DNA from: Antedon mediterranea
Taxonomy: Eukaryota; Animalia; Echinodermata
DNA length: 64,000 nt
Direction: 5' to 3'
Assembly: GCF_964355755.1 (NCBI RefSeq)
Contig: NC_092670.1
Location: 37,994,388 to 38,058,387, forward strand
Shown: positions 12,201-34,980 of the stretch, one piece after another
Layout: every line of letters begins with the position of its first letter
Position numbering within the stretch: position 1 is the stretch's first letter
Made by a program: the position numbers and the translations under genes
Notes under the pieces: model-generated
Database searches by the model: none
The model's input: the letters and a program-made list of their open reading frames with translations, nothing else
What the model was told of the DNA's origin: nothing

Positions 12201-15200
12201 AAGCAACAGTACAGGTGAGTCTATTTATCAAGATTTTGATTTAGCGCAACCTAAGCAACGTAAGAAAATGCCCTGCCAATAATTGTATTTTCCCCCGCCT
12301 GCGTGAAATCAAGCCTGCAATGTTTGCAGCACTATTGCGTCGTCGGTTTCCACTTGTGATTACGCAATATACAGCACTTTGCGTCAATACGTCGTTGCGT
12401 TGCGTTTCGTTGTATCGCAGTGGGAACCACGCTTTACATAACAAGGAACGCGGTAAAACCACGACTTCCACTGGCTTGTCTTATCAGGCAATCTAACAAC
12501 AGGATGCTGAAAGGGTTTATCTGTGGCTGCGACACGATCTGTTCACATCCTAATAGACACCGCACGCCGCGGAGAATAATATTACAGTACTGTTGGTAAT
12601 TGTAGCAGCCAGACATAAGAGTAAAGGACTGTTACGAGCTCAGTGCCCTGTTGTTAGATTGCCTTTATTTAATTTAGCAGACTGTGTTATGAGCATGGAT
12701 TAAAGAAGCAGAGGGACTTCCTTGCATCAAACACAACTAAAAGTAGTTACTGGATTTGATTCAAGATTTTTGAGTAACCAGTTACATATTTTGTAGAATT
12801 CCTAAAGGTTTCCAGGATTCCAACCAGGCATTGGTAACTTACATCTGTTTTTTTTTTTAATGAAAGGACTACGAGGAATGTGACATTTGTAGCGTGTATA
12901 ATGGCGTAACGTGCGAGTCTACTCGTGTGTGCCGATGTGCTGGGGATGATAGCTCCAATTATGGTGAGTTCAGCATGTCGTAAATACGGTACACACTTAC
13001 TACAAACTTGCCTCCAAAGTAAGCCTCACATGTAACTATAATGTACAGTATTGTTTATAATTATATAAAATAACATTTTCCGGCATTTATCGACAAATAA
13101 CGCACATATTTTCTACCAGTTCTAAAAAAGTAACCGATTTATTTATTTGCATTCTTAGTATGGAATTTGATATTCAAAGGAGTAGCAGAAACGGGAGTAT
13201 CTGTGCGTTCTGCGTATGTTGATGGAACTGGTGCGTCGCAGACTGATACGGCTGCCTCACTCTTGTCTTCGCAAAACTTTAGATTAAATGAGAAGTTTGA
13301 ACAATGGGCTTCGTTACAAGTACAGCAAGTATGTAAAGACCATTTCATTCTCAAGATATCGTGTGTACAGGTCACAATAAAATTGTGTGTACACGTCACA
13401 CGATATCTTGAGATTGTTGCCAGTGTTAATACGCGCACGCGTAAGTCATTCTGGTTGGATTGTTCGCTGCTAGTCGAATATCGAAACGTGGCAGGCTGAA
13501 GGCGCTTGACCTTTTGACAAGATCGCCTAAATTTCTAGTATTTTAACCTTACAATACTTGTGTCAACTTTGACTGAGTATTAGTAACATAATTCTTGAGT
13601 ATTATTGTTTACCCTGGATTTTTTGATTTGTAAGACATAATCAAACTTTGAAACCTCTTTTTCTCAAAACGTCAGTTCTGACTAGAGTCCACGATATTCA
13701 GGTACAGCCGCTCCATAATCTCTTTGCTTTTCTTCCTTATATCTTAATTAACATAAAATTGCTTATACTAACAAACATTACTGTTTATATGCCTAATATG
13801 TTTTACATCTTTAATTTTCATAATTATCCTCATACCGTACTCGTAACAAATTTTCTCAACTTTCCATATCTAAAAGTCGTAGTTAGTCATGTATCGGGTT
13901 ATGGAACGCCTCCTCTGCCTTCAGTTCACATTTATCATGCAGTACACACCAATGGTCATGCAGTACACACCAATGGTCATGCAGTACACACCAATCGTCA
14001 TGCAGTACACACCAATTGTCATGCAGTACACACCAAACATAACATCATGCAGTACACACCAATCGTCATGCAGTACACACCAATCGTCATGCAGTACATA
14101 CCAATCGTCATGCAGTACACACCAATCGTCATGCAGTACACACCAATTGTCATGCAGTACACACCAAACATAACATCATGCAGTACACACCAATCGTCAT
14201 GCAGTACACACCAATCGTCATGCAGTACATACCAATCGTCATGCAGTACACACCAATCGTCATGCAGTATACACCAATCGTCATGCAGTACACACCAATC
14301 GTCATGCAGTCAAATATTGCGTAAACCTATCGACAAAATCGAATATCAGGTGACGTTTAGTAGACGGCTGTAAAACTAAGGCTATACAAATGTTATACTA
14401 CAGCAACTCACGCTGTCTACTACTACACCGCACATGCTTTACGTCCTATATATTCCAAGATTTCTTTAATAGTTTTTTCAAGCCATTTTAGTTATAAAGC
14501 ACGTGCGGTGTAGTAGTAGACAGCGAGTTGCTGTAGTATAATGTTTGAATAGCCTTATTTTTACAGCCGTCTAATATTTGACTGCATACGATCGATTGGT
14601 GTGTACTGCATGACGATTGGTGTGTACTGCATGACAATTGGTGTGTACTGCATGACGATTGGTGTGTACTGCATGATACCATACAGATAGGCTACATCAG
14701 TACTTCTATGAATGGATGACTAGTTGGTGACAAGAACCCAGTACCGTTTTGATTTTACGATCATTCGGGAAATCACCTCACGCCGAGAACAATCTAAAGA
14801 AATCTTCGAAAATAGTTTGTACAATTTCTCATGTTGATTCCTTTTGAATTTTACTAAACAATCAATTTCTATATCACATCGAATTAATAATTCAATGCCT
14901 CACAACGTGTGAATAGTATAATAGTGAATTTGTTCGTGCGAATCTAAAGTGTCATGCTATGCGCATGCGTATTCATGTTTCTATGTTCCAAATCATAAAC
15001 ACGCATGCGTATAAGTTAAAGTTTCAAGTTTCTTTATTCATATCACTGTCGCAGCCGAAGCTGAATTACTGTGTAAAATGTATACAACGATAACATGATT
15101 TAAACGGTAAAAATTGTATATCCAGGAAATAAACGGGAAAAAAAAACAGAAAAGAATAAAAAGTAGGCCTACAAAAGGTAAAACAGCTTGTGAGCGAACA

Positions 15201-16515
15201 GATTCGCCTAGTGGAAAATACCTACGAATTCATTTGCGCGAATCGAAAGCGTTGACTAATGCGCATACGTAGTAATTATTTTCATATGTGACGTCAAAAT
15301 GTGCAACCAATTAGAACTCATGAATATTCGCTAATATGGAAGACAGGCATAAACTTTTTTCTCTAAAACTCTACAGGTAAAAGTAACGCTGTATTCCGCA
15401 TCAGCTGAAGAGCTCATTTCTTTGGTATTCAACGGAGTTAATTCAGACACTACGTCGTGGTATAGTGTTAGTAATCTAATAGATTCTCCGTGGACAGATT
15501 TAACGACAAGCGCCGCAATCAACTACTTCGGGATAAATGGTCATTCGTAAGTGCAATCAAACATAATATTATACGCATGTATACCAACCAACGTTGTTCC
15601 TCTATAGTGCTAAGAATGTTACACTTATGTTAATTGTCTGCCCCCCCCCCCCCCCCCTATACCAGGGATTTTTCCTTCGAAAGAACTGAAGGGAATCAGA
15701 AACTCATTATTGGTTAGAATTTTTAAAATTATTTTAACAATGTTTGTTTTCCGAAATTCACTTATACGGTAGCCTACAGCATTTTATATTTTAAGAATTA
15801 GCTGGAGAAAATCAATAGTCGTAAAATGTTTTGCGTTGTCACAATCAACACGTTCGTTACGCTTGCCTTGCTTCTTCACAGATAACCATAATAGGCCTAC
15901 CACAAGAACTTATTTGGACACATTTTTTTTATTGTAAAATAAAATTTAGTAATGTTTGTATACTATAAAGGAATTCGCGTACCTGGTACATCAATTCTCA
16001 CTACGGTGGGTGCTCGGTAGACACAGGATGGCTGGTTGCCATTGATAAGACGTTAGGATGCGTGTGGGAAGCTCAGCGGGGTAGTACATATCCAGTATTT
16101 CTGTACAGCTTGACGAGTAATTTGGAGAATTGGACAACTGGGTGTAAGTATATCTAGTAAAGAAAGTGATTCTCAGAAGAGAAAACAAAACAACTAAAGC
16201 TTGGTTCCCACTAGAACGTAACGCAAGGACGTAAACGCAACGCAAGCATTTTAACCAATGACAAGCGAAGTTATAGACAGTTAGCAATTACAAGCGAATA
16301 AGCCATCGCTTGTGATTGGTCAATTCACTTGCGTTGCGTTACGTCCTTGCGTTGCGTCGCTAGTGGGAACCACGCTTTAAAGTGCAATGAATTAACACGA
16401 ACCTTACGCGATTTTGCAATACCGTACAGAAATAATGATTTGTTTTTCTTTAATTACAGCCATAGGAAAAGCTCATGTACTGACGGTACGCATTTTGTAC
16501 AATCGCTGCCTCTAA
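9229..16515 (+). CDS. Secreted mosaic protein: signal peptide, uncharacterised domain, PAN/apple domain, EGF-like module, uncharacterised C-terminal domain
   Basis: Phase-consistent GT-AG exons: 9229-9283 (MKKYTVLFVYSILFAATK), 10491-10958, 11922-12214 (PAN: C..SC....LCWSITY....GNCHLN), 12867-12963 (EECDICSVYNGVTCESTRVCRC), 13159-13328, 15377-15546, 15971-16143 (WYINSHYGGCSVDTGWL), 16460-16515 (stop TAA). Confidence 0.85.
10970..11729. mobile_element. Family A MITE expanded by nested insertions
   Basis: The left TIR AGCTCTGTCTACACTAT is at 10970, the body resumes at about 11305 and the right TIR AGTTTGATAGTGTAGACAGAGCT ends at about 11729. Inside are a hairpin element and a family B-related MITE. 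Confidence 0.7.
10995..11303 (+). mobile_element. Non-autonomous element ending in a ~170-bp hairpin (possibly Crypton-like)
   Basis: The palindrome at about 11135-11303 is centred on GATATAACC arms with a CTCGGCTTTGCCTCG loop. The family assignment is inference. Confidence 0.45.
13935..14677. repeat. 21-bp minisatellite (CATGCAGTACACACCAATCGT)n forming the arms of an intronic inverted repeat
   Basis: There is a forward array at 13935-14310 and a reverse array at about 14580-14677. The unique inner arms (14360-14440 and 14495-14572) are also inverted. Confidence 0.85.
16198..16376 (-). mobile_element. MITE family B, intronic copy
   Basis: Near-identical reverse complement of 1223-1401. Confidence 0.8.
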
Positions 16516-16869
16516 AAATGGTATCGTAAAAGAAAGAGGATTGGTTCTCCTTAAAGAAGATTCCGTCCACCGTTGTTGTGCCTTTTATGAACGAATCGTA
16601 ACTTACCACACTAGTCATAATCAATTTTTTAATTGAAAAGTGGACCGACTAAAGTGCCTCGACAGCGGCTCTGATCGAGATGATTTTGAGGGGAGTGGGT
16701 AACCCTGTCTGAAGGTCAGTCATGGCTAGAGTAGGTCGTTTCAATCTGCGAGCAATTTATTTTGTGTCACGTTTTCTATATAAGTTTTATGTAAGAATAT
16801 TATAGAAAATTCTGTTAGATAGCAAATCGGGTGCTTGGTTGTATCATCATCAAGAGATGTTTTGAATAT

Positions 16870-17090
16870 CAATCTGTTAATATCAAGTGTTTATGGGGCT
16901 AGTTAGGCCACATCTTGAATTGTCTGTCTAGTCTTGTCTCCACAATACAGTAAAGATATCGCTTTGGGAAAGGTTCAGAGACGGGCTACAAAATCCCTAA
17001 ATGTATGAAGGAGTTATGAGGAACGTTTGACTGCATTCTAACAACAACATTGGATCGAGGAGAGAAGAATCATTAACACGTATACAATTT
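16870..17090 (+). mobile_element. Decayed CR1-like LINE fragment
   Basis: Broken frames give LVRPHLE...SPQYSKDI...KVQRRATK...YEERL, a CR1 ORF2 C-terminal signature. Confidence 0.6.
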
Positions 17091-18159
17091 AAGAGAAAAA
17101 AAGATATTTAGAGATTTACTTTTACATTTCTAGATGATACGGGTGTACATTTATAAAGATTAATAAAATACATTATACTTAATTATGAACAATTATTGTA
17201 AGAAATGGGAAATAAAGCATGGATAAATAATTGGTTTTAAATTAATTTCTCAGGTAAAGTAGAGTATAATATCAAAGTATTATAATCCAAGATAGTCTCT
17301 CTCTCTTCCTTTCTCCAGGCTCTCTCTGATGACTCCTCCTGACTACTCCTTCCCGAATCCGTATTCGATCTGGTTATATTGTTCTTTATTCGGGCGCACT
17401 ACCGGTGACTACTATAGAGGTCGTTGTCGGAAAGCAAGACCTTTGTGTAATGTTGGCATTTTTGGGACTTAAGACTAGTCTGTCGAGTATTTTATTATAG
17501 GCATAGCTTCCGCTCCTTTTGTAAAACTATCACCCACTTTTGACTCATTTAAAATGTTATTTAGAAATTTAGAATATAATGTGTACAAATGTGGTTAGTA
17601 GTTGAGCATGCATCACTGTACAGTTGATTGCAAACTTAGAAGAAAGTATGGCTTTAGAGAGATTTTTAAAATGACATAACTGTCGTGTTTCAACAGCATC
17701 TAGTCCGAGTTTTACATTCAAGAGACGCATTCTACGCCTCGATCATGCCCATTTGCAAAATAGTATTTTGCAAATGGCCATAGGCTAACTTTAACTTACT
17801 ATTTATTGTGTTTTAATTACTGTAATTGTAACTATATTATTAACAAAATAAACTGCGGGATCCAAACTGCGCAATGTTGTTATAAGTATTATTTTGCGAT
17901 ATTTTTTAAAGTAAAAGTTGACACATCTGAGAGTATAGAGGGCGCCTTGCTCGAGTCGAAAAGCTGGATAAAACAGTAATAAAATAAAAAACCAGCGCAG
18001 GAAAAAATGAAACAAAAAATCATTTAAAATTTGTAATTATTCACAAAGGTACAATTTTGAAGTAGAAAGGTAATTGCCTTAGGGAAAGGCCGACATATAT
18101 ACTTTAATATTTAGGTGTAAGTCTTATTATTATAGTAACATTCACACTAATTAAATGGC

Positions 18160-18618
18160 GAGGCTAGCCTACCTAGTAGGCCGGCCCTCCCTACCTAGGC
18201 TAGTAGGCCTAGGCTAGGCCTAGTAGTAGTACTAGTGGGCCATATATAGCCTATCTAATTCTGTAACTAATTTGTATTTGTATGGGCCTAACGTAGGCCC
18301 GAACCGGCTATCTATAATATAGGCTAGGCCTAGGCCGGTTATAGTAGTTGGCCTACTAGTCTAGACGGGAGTAATACTATTGGATTCCCATACTAACTAT
18401 TAGGTTAGGCCCTCTAGTAGGCTTGTAGTAGTATAGAGCCAGCCAGGCCTACACTACTATACTAATAGTACAGTTTACTTTTAGGCTACACACACAGAGT
18501 TTTCTAGTAGTAGTAAGTAGGGCTAGGCCTAGTATAGTATAGCCTACTTGGTAGTAGCAGACGAGACAAGGCTACTCTAGTACTCTACAACTAATATATT
18601 TAACTAGCTAGGCCTATA
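18160..18618. promoter_or_regulatory. AGGCCT/CTAG-dense island in the putative first (5'UTR) intron of the ZAK gene
   Basis: Many TAGGCCTA/GGCTAG words lie between a donor-like AAG|GTAATT (about 18070) and an acceptor at about 18654. Confidence 0.5.
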
Positions 18619-18675
18619 GAGTATCATTTAATAAACATTTGTGTTTTCATTCAGTTTTAGATGAAGAAGAAATAG

Positions 18676-29748
<11,073 letters not shown>

Positions 29749-30084
29749 CGTGTTCTACCTCGCAAATTTAATTTTAATGTTTTGAGAATTTATTTTTTTA
29801 TCAAATACCTTCCAACGCAAGGAATCAATATTACTTAAATTGTGGTAGAATTGCAATATTATGTATAAATTGTCCTGAATAAATGTATAAGATATATTGT
29901 ATATGTTATATTAAAATTGTCTTTAATAGCTGTATTTTTGCGGGAAAACGCAAATAGCCTTTTTTTTTTTATTTGAACTCAGACCTGATTTTTTTTTAAA
30001 TATTAACATTTTTATAGCATTTTATAAATTAAAATAAGGTGGAAAGAGGAATGTCTGCTCTAACAATCGGTACCATAGTGGTTG

Positions 30085-30480
30085 TCATTTACGTTATCCT
30101 CATCACCATAATCAATATCAGAATAATATCATGAATTTATCTTTGCTAATAATAGATAATCATCAAAGTTGCGTCATTATCACTAACGACATCACGAACG
30201 TAATCAATTTCATTATCAACATCGGTAAAAATAATAATTTTAAGTCATCACTGTGCTTATCATCACTAACGTTACGTTAGCGTCATTATCACTAACCTCA
30301 TCACGAACGTAATTAATGTCGTGATAAATCATCAACGCCAACGTAGCCATCACTTTGCTCATCATCACTAACGTTATTATAACGTCGTTATAACTGACGT
30401 CAATCATCATCACGTAATAAATATATTAAATATCATCAACAGTCGTTAACCATAATAAATAACTGAACAACGTAACAGTC
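30085..30480. repeat. Degenerate (CAT/AAC)-rich low-complexity repeat
   Basis: Recurring ATCATCACTAACG-like words. Confidence 0.55.
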
Positions 30481-31253
30481 CTTTGATCTTATGTCAGGCT
30501 GCGACAAATACCGACAGTATGTACATATTTTCCGCGGCGCGCTGTGTCTGATAACCATTTGATCTTCGGAGCTCAGCGTCATGTCGTTGCCTTGCTTCAA
30601 TGGAGGAAATCACAGACAAAGTGTTAGGGTCAGGACAAATTAAAAAAAAGGGGAATTAAAAACGACATGAAGGCGAATTTTGCAACCCTGTCGGCCATAA
30701 CTGTTTAAAAAGGCAGTATCATCATAAATACATGGTAAATATTGGAATCTTCGTCGTGAACGTAATCGTCATCACTGACGTAAACAGTAATTACAATAAT
30801 GTTCTGTTCGTGCTACGCGCAATATGCAACAATTATTAATACACCATCTATGTTATACTAATCTGATTTATTGTGATCGTAAGTAAAAATTCAAAACTCA
30901 AACAAATTTGTAAAAAACGTCTGCGCATGCTTACATGTCAATCTGCATTGTGATACTGTCCGCGACTACTCCTCGCAGGACGGAAATTGGTTTGTACTGT
31001 TGACATGCGCACACCGATATAGTGCAAAACTATAAAGAAATATAAAAATTGTGAAGGTGAAAAGTAATTAAATTGTGCATATCATAATACTCGCGTACTA
31101 CTATTGTTTTGGAACCAAGCTTAAGCATTCACAGGTCTACCGTAACATACAATAATAAAAGCTATAATTTATATGTTAGTACTTGCAATGTTAAAAATAA
31201 GAATAATGTGTTTCGGGAACAGATGTATTTAGCTACAATGATTATATTTTCAG

Positions 31254-32786
31254 TTATATGCTAAAACTTTCGCTTGATTCTGAGCTATGTTCGCTTGATT
31301 CTGAGCTGGCATGTTCGCTTGATTCTGAGCTGGCAGGTTCGCTTGATTCTGAGCTGGCATGTTCGCTTGATTCTGAGCTGGTAACAGTGTCGGATAATCC
31401 TTCTGAGCTATGTTCGCTTGATTCTGAGCTGGCATGTTCGCTTGATTCTGAGCTGGCAGGTTCGCTTGATTCTGAGCTGGCATGTTCGCTTGATTCTGAG
31501 CTGGTAACAGTTTCGGATAATCCTTCTGAGATATGTTCGCTTGATTCTGAGCTGGCATGTTCGCTTGATTCTGAGCTGGCATTTTCGCTTGATTCTGAGC
31601 TGGTAACAGTGTCGGATAATCCTGAGCTATGTTCACTTGATTCTGAGCTGGCAGGTTCGCTTGATTCTGGGCTGGCATGTTCGCTTGATTCTGAGCTGGT
31701 AACAGTGGTGTCGGATAATCCTGAGCTATGTTCGCTTGATTCTGAGCTGGCATGTTCGCTTGATTCTGAGCTGCTGGTAACAGTGTCGGATAATCCTGAG
31801 CTATGTTCGCTTGATTCTGAGTTGACATGTTCGCTTGATTGTGAGCTGGCATGTTCGCTTGGTTCTGAGCTGGCATGTTCGCTTGATTCTGAGCTGGTAA
31901 CAGTGTCGCTTAATTCTTCTGAGCTGGTAACTTCGCTTGATTCTGAGCTGGTAACAGTGTCGCTTAATTCTTCTGAGCTGGTATGTTCGCTTGATTCCGA
32001 GCTGCTGGAAGTTTCGCTTGTCTCTGAGCTAGATATTTCACTTGCATCCCAACTGAAACTTTTTTCAGAGTTGAAAGATAGAATTTTATTGAAATCACTT
32101 TCTAAGTCACTGCTGCTGATATCAGAGGAATCAATCCCGTTCCCTGCCAAAGATAAACATCTAGTTTTATTAACGATTCACGAGAAATAATACTAAATAA
32201 GAATAAACATCTGCAGTTATGCTCTGTCTACACTATCAAACTAGTTTTGACCAAAAAAAAAAATGTGATGTGCCTAAATATGGTAGAGATATGGCCAAAT
32301 ATGGTAGTGACATCATGACATCATCATTTCCATAGGCACATCACATAAAGTTTGATAGTGTAGACAGAGCTTAAGCCGACTCTACTCTAACCCCGAAGCA
32401 TTTGTTATATATACTGTATGTTACTAATGAATTGACTATAAATTATTAATATAGTATTATATGGATTTTGTGCATACGTCGTTGCGGTAGCGTTCAAGTG
32501 GTTCTCACAACAAGCTGGGCTATAAAATGACGTATTGTATTGTAAGCGAAAGCATTAACCAATCACACTCGGAAGATTAATTATCCAAAGTGTCGCTTGT
32601 CATTGGTCAATTCGCCTGCGTTGCGCTTACGTCATTGCGTGGCGTCCCAGTGGGAGGAATGACTTTTAGATAGTATACGTAGTTTTTTTAAACTGAATGT
32701 ATTTGATTGTTTTTAAACTTACCAAACGGAAAGCATTCGATGACTGCTGCAAACATTACGACAAACACAAGCGCAATTTTTGCCAT
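31254..32786 (-). CDS. Secreted Ser/Glu-rich acidic repeat protein (~317 aa), candidate Fam20C-phosphorylated matrix protein
   Basis: Exon 1 (32786-32723) encodes the signal peptide MAKIALVFVVMFAAVIECFPF and ends at a GTAAG donor in phase 1. The acceptor TTTATCTTTGGCAG opens exon 2 (32143-31254) in the Ser-rich frame GNGIDSSDISSSD...(HASSESSE)n...SFSI*. Confidence 0.8.
31270..32030. repeat. 24-bp coding tandem repeat (HASSESSE) with longer interspersed units (HSSEGLSDTVTSSESSE)
   Basis: The unit TCGCTTGATTCTGAGCTGGCATGT is repeated with a higher-order pattern. Confidence 0.9.
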
Positions 32787-33219
32787 CCTGTCAATAATAA
32801 TTAATACTGTTTGAACTTCAAATACTGTAAGCCTATAGGCCCTAAGGATGATAGATACGGCAATGCATATAGTAATAGGTAGAGGTTAAGCGCCAATTGT
32901 ATAAGACAAACTTCGTCGTTCGAAGAATGAAGGACGGGGAAAATGTGAAATCAAAGGGTTCTGAAATATATTATCAAATGACATAAAATCACTTTTAGTG
33001 GAAATGATAAGTATTGGGCCGGCCTAATCATGAGAACTGCAGGAACCTATAGAGATATTGTTAACTAGAAAAGTCAGTGGGATATCGTAATAGGCATATT
33101 CATTGTGTTTCTTCAAATTCAATCTAAACAAGACTAATGATAAAGTACCATTCCTTGAATTTATTGAATTAAAGCATCGCTTTGCAATTGTGATATTTTA
33201 TTTAATATATTATGGAATT

Positions 33220-33516
33220 AATAATAATATAATATCCTGGATTTATATATCGCCTAATGTTGTGAAACCTCTAAGCGCTGAACATTATTACCCCAGTCAT
33301 TTTTTGCATCAAACACGTATGGAAACATACTCCCGTAATGCAGCTAGTAATCAGCGCAAAGTTGTGTCTTGATCTAACCGGGTTCCCATTTATAGGCCTA
33401 CACCTGGGTACAGAGAGGCAAACGTAAGAAAAGTATCTTGGCTAATAAGGATACAAGCAATGAGACGAGAGGTGGATTCAGTAGTGGAATTCCCAACACA
33501 CTGCGCCACACGCCCT
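33220..33516 (-). mobile_element. tRNA-derived SINE, decayed
   Basis: The minus strand starts GGGCGTGTGGCGCAGTG (A-box-like), has a central TGCCTCTCTGTACCCAGGTGT..AAATGGG block and ends in a (TAT)n tail. Its 3' part is repeated at 5950-6052. Confidence 0.6.
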
Positions 33517-34284
33517 TAAATTAAATAGGGATAACATACCTGACAGTTGATATTCTTGTGATATGGTTGTATAGTGAAACACCTAACTCCTCCTGTGCCA
33601 ATCATAAAATGAGTGTTCGCCTCAAGATGATCCTCGAGGCCATGCCGCAAAGGTGTGCCGACCACCCGGATGAACAGCCAACACCTAACGAAAATCGGAA
33701 ATATTATTTAATCATTTGGAATTATAATAACTAATTAAAGATAACATTGATCTAAAAAGATTAACTTTCAAAGTAAACGCCATGCCTTTTTGACATTACA
33801 GTCGATGTCTCGACGATCAAGTACGGTGAGAGTTAGTAATTGTCAACGGTGGGTTAAAAAATATCCGCTCATGCATTAACTCCAAAAAACATATCATTTC
33901 AATCAAATGCGCAAATAATATTTTTACGGTACATATTATATTGCCATCTGCTATCTGCCAATGATATCAAGGGCTAACTAATATACACGTCATAAATGAT
34001 ATGAATGAGTTTAAAGATGTTGTTCTATATCTCGGTAACAAGACAGGCAGTCTTTCATCAAATGAATATCTACATTCAATAGATTCATTAGGTTCATAAC
34101 ACACCTCTATCTTTAATCAATATAAACCAATCAAAAAGATCACAAGGTTTTACTTTTTGCACAAAATAAATTCTAAACAATACATTTTTACAAAATAAAA
34201 GGCTGTTCTGTCAGTAATAAAAACCATTTGAACCTACAATATAATATACTAACAGTACACAATACCATCATCAAAGGGTGATCA

Positions 34285-34980
34285 TTTATTTATTTAATCT
34301 TTCTTTATTCTGATATACACTTTCAATACAATGTACTGATTTCCAAAGTGGTTCAGTTCTTAACTACATAAATGTAAACAAAATACAGTATATAAATGGA
34401 CAAAAGAAAATATACAATTAAACCTAAAATTATCAAAATTAAATTAACACAATTAAAGTAAGCACATTTAAAGGTAAAAACATAAATAATTGAGATTTTT
34501 AAACAAGAATAAAGAAATTTTAATCATTGAGCATTAATTAGATTTAGTTTTGAATTAAAATTAACGTTTTGAAATTTGTGATTTGGAAGTTGATACTGTC
34601 ATATCATAAAGATCATTTTTTATTTTGTTAGGTAGAAAGTTCCATAATTTTGTAGATCTGTAATTAAAAGTTCTTTTACCTTGAGTTTTATTCCACTTAG
34701 GTATTATCAAAGTGTTGTTACTTTGACTTCGTGTACCTTTATTGTGACTCTCTTCTGTAAATATAAATTGAGTTGATAAATAGGTGCTGCATGTCCATTT
34801 AGGCACTTGAAAAGTAATATTAGAATATGTTCATTCCATGTGTCCTTTAGTGTACTCCAACCAAGTGAGTTTAGGATATTACTAACATGAGTTTTGATAT
34901 CTACTGTACTGATAATAGTATTCTACCTAATCTATTTAATAAAATTTGCTGTTTTTTTTAATATATTTTGTGATATAGCA
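34285..34980 (-). mobile_element. Decayed L2/CR1-group LINE 3' fragment
   Basis: The minus strand reads TRSQSNNTLIIPKWNKTQGKRTFNYRSTKLWNFLP, followed by an AT-rich 3'UTR and a (TAAA)n tail. Confidence 0.7.

Noticed and set aside
13935-14310. Possible CRISPR-like array
   Set aside because: The units are head-to-tail with no unique spacers, no cas genes are present and the context is eukaryotic.
13648-14373. 241-aa and 94-aa ORFs with MQYTPIV / HAVHTN / SCSTHQS repeats
   Set aside because: They come from a stop-free 21-bp minisatellite inside an intron of the 9229-16515 gene, with no splice or composition support.
16700-17370. Possible hammerhead ribozyme cores (CTGAAGG at about 16709, CTGATGA at about 17326)
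   Set aside because: No correctly placed GAAA and closing stems could be built by eye.
31250-31876. Alternative minus-frame ORF (MPAQNQAN)n
   Set aside because: It is a shadow frame of the 24-bp repeat. The signal-peptide exon splices in phase only to the Ser-rich frame, and this frame has a stop upstream.
31258-32190. Plus-strand 310-aa ORF (CSLDSELA)n
   Set aside because: It is the antisense shadow of the Ser-rich repeat, with no promoter, signal or splice support seen.
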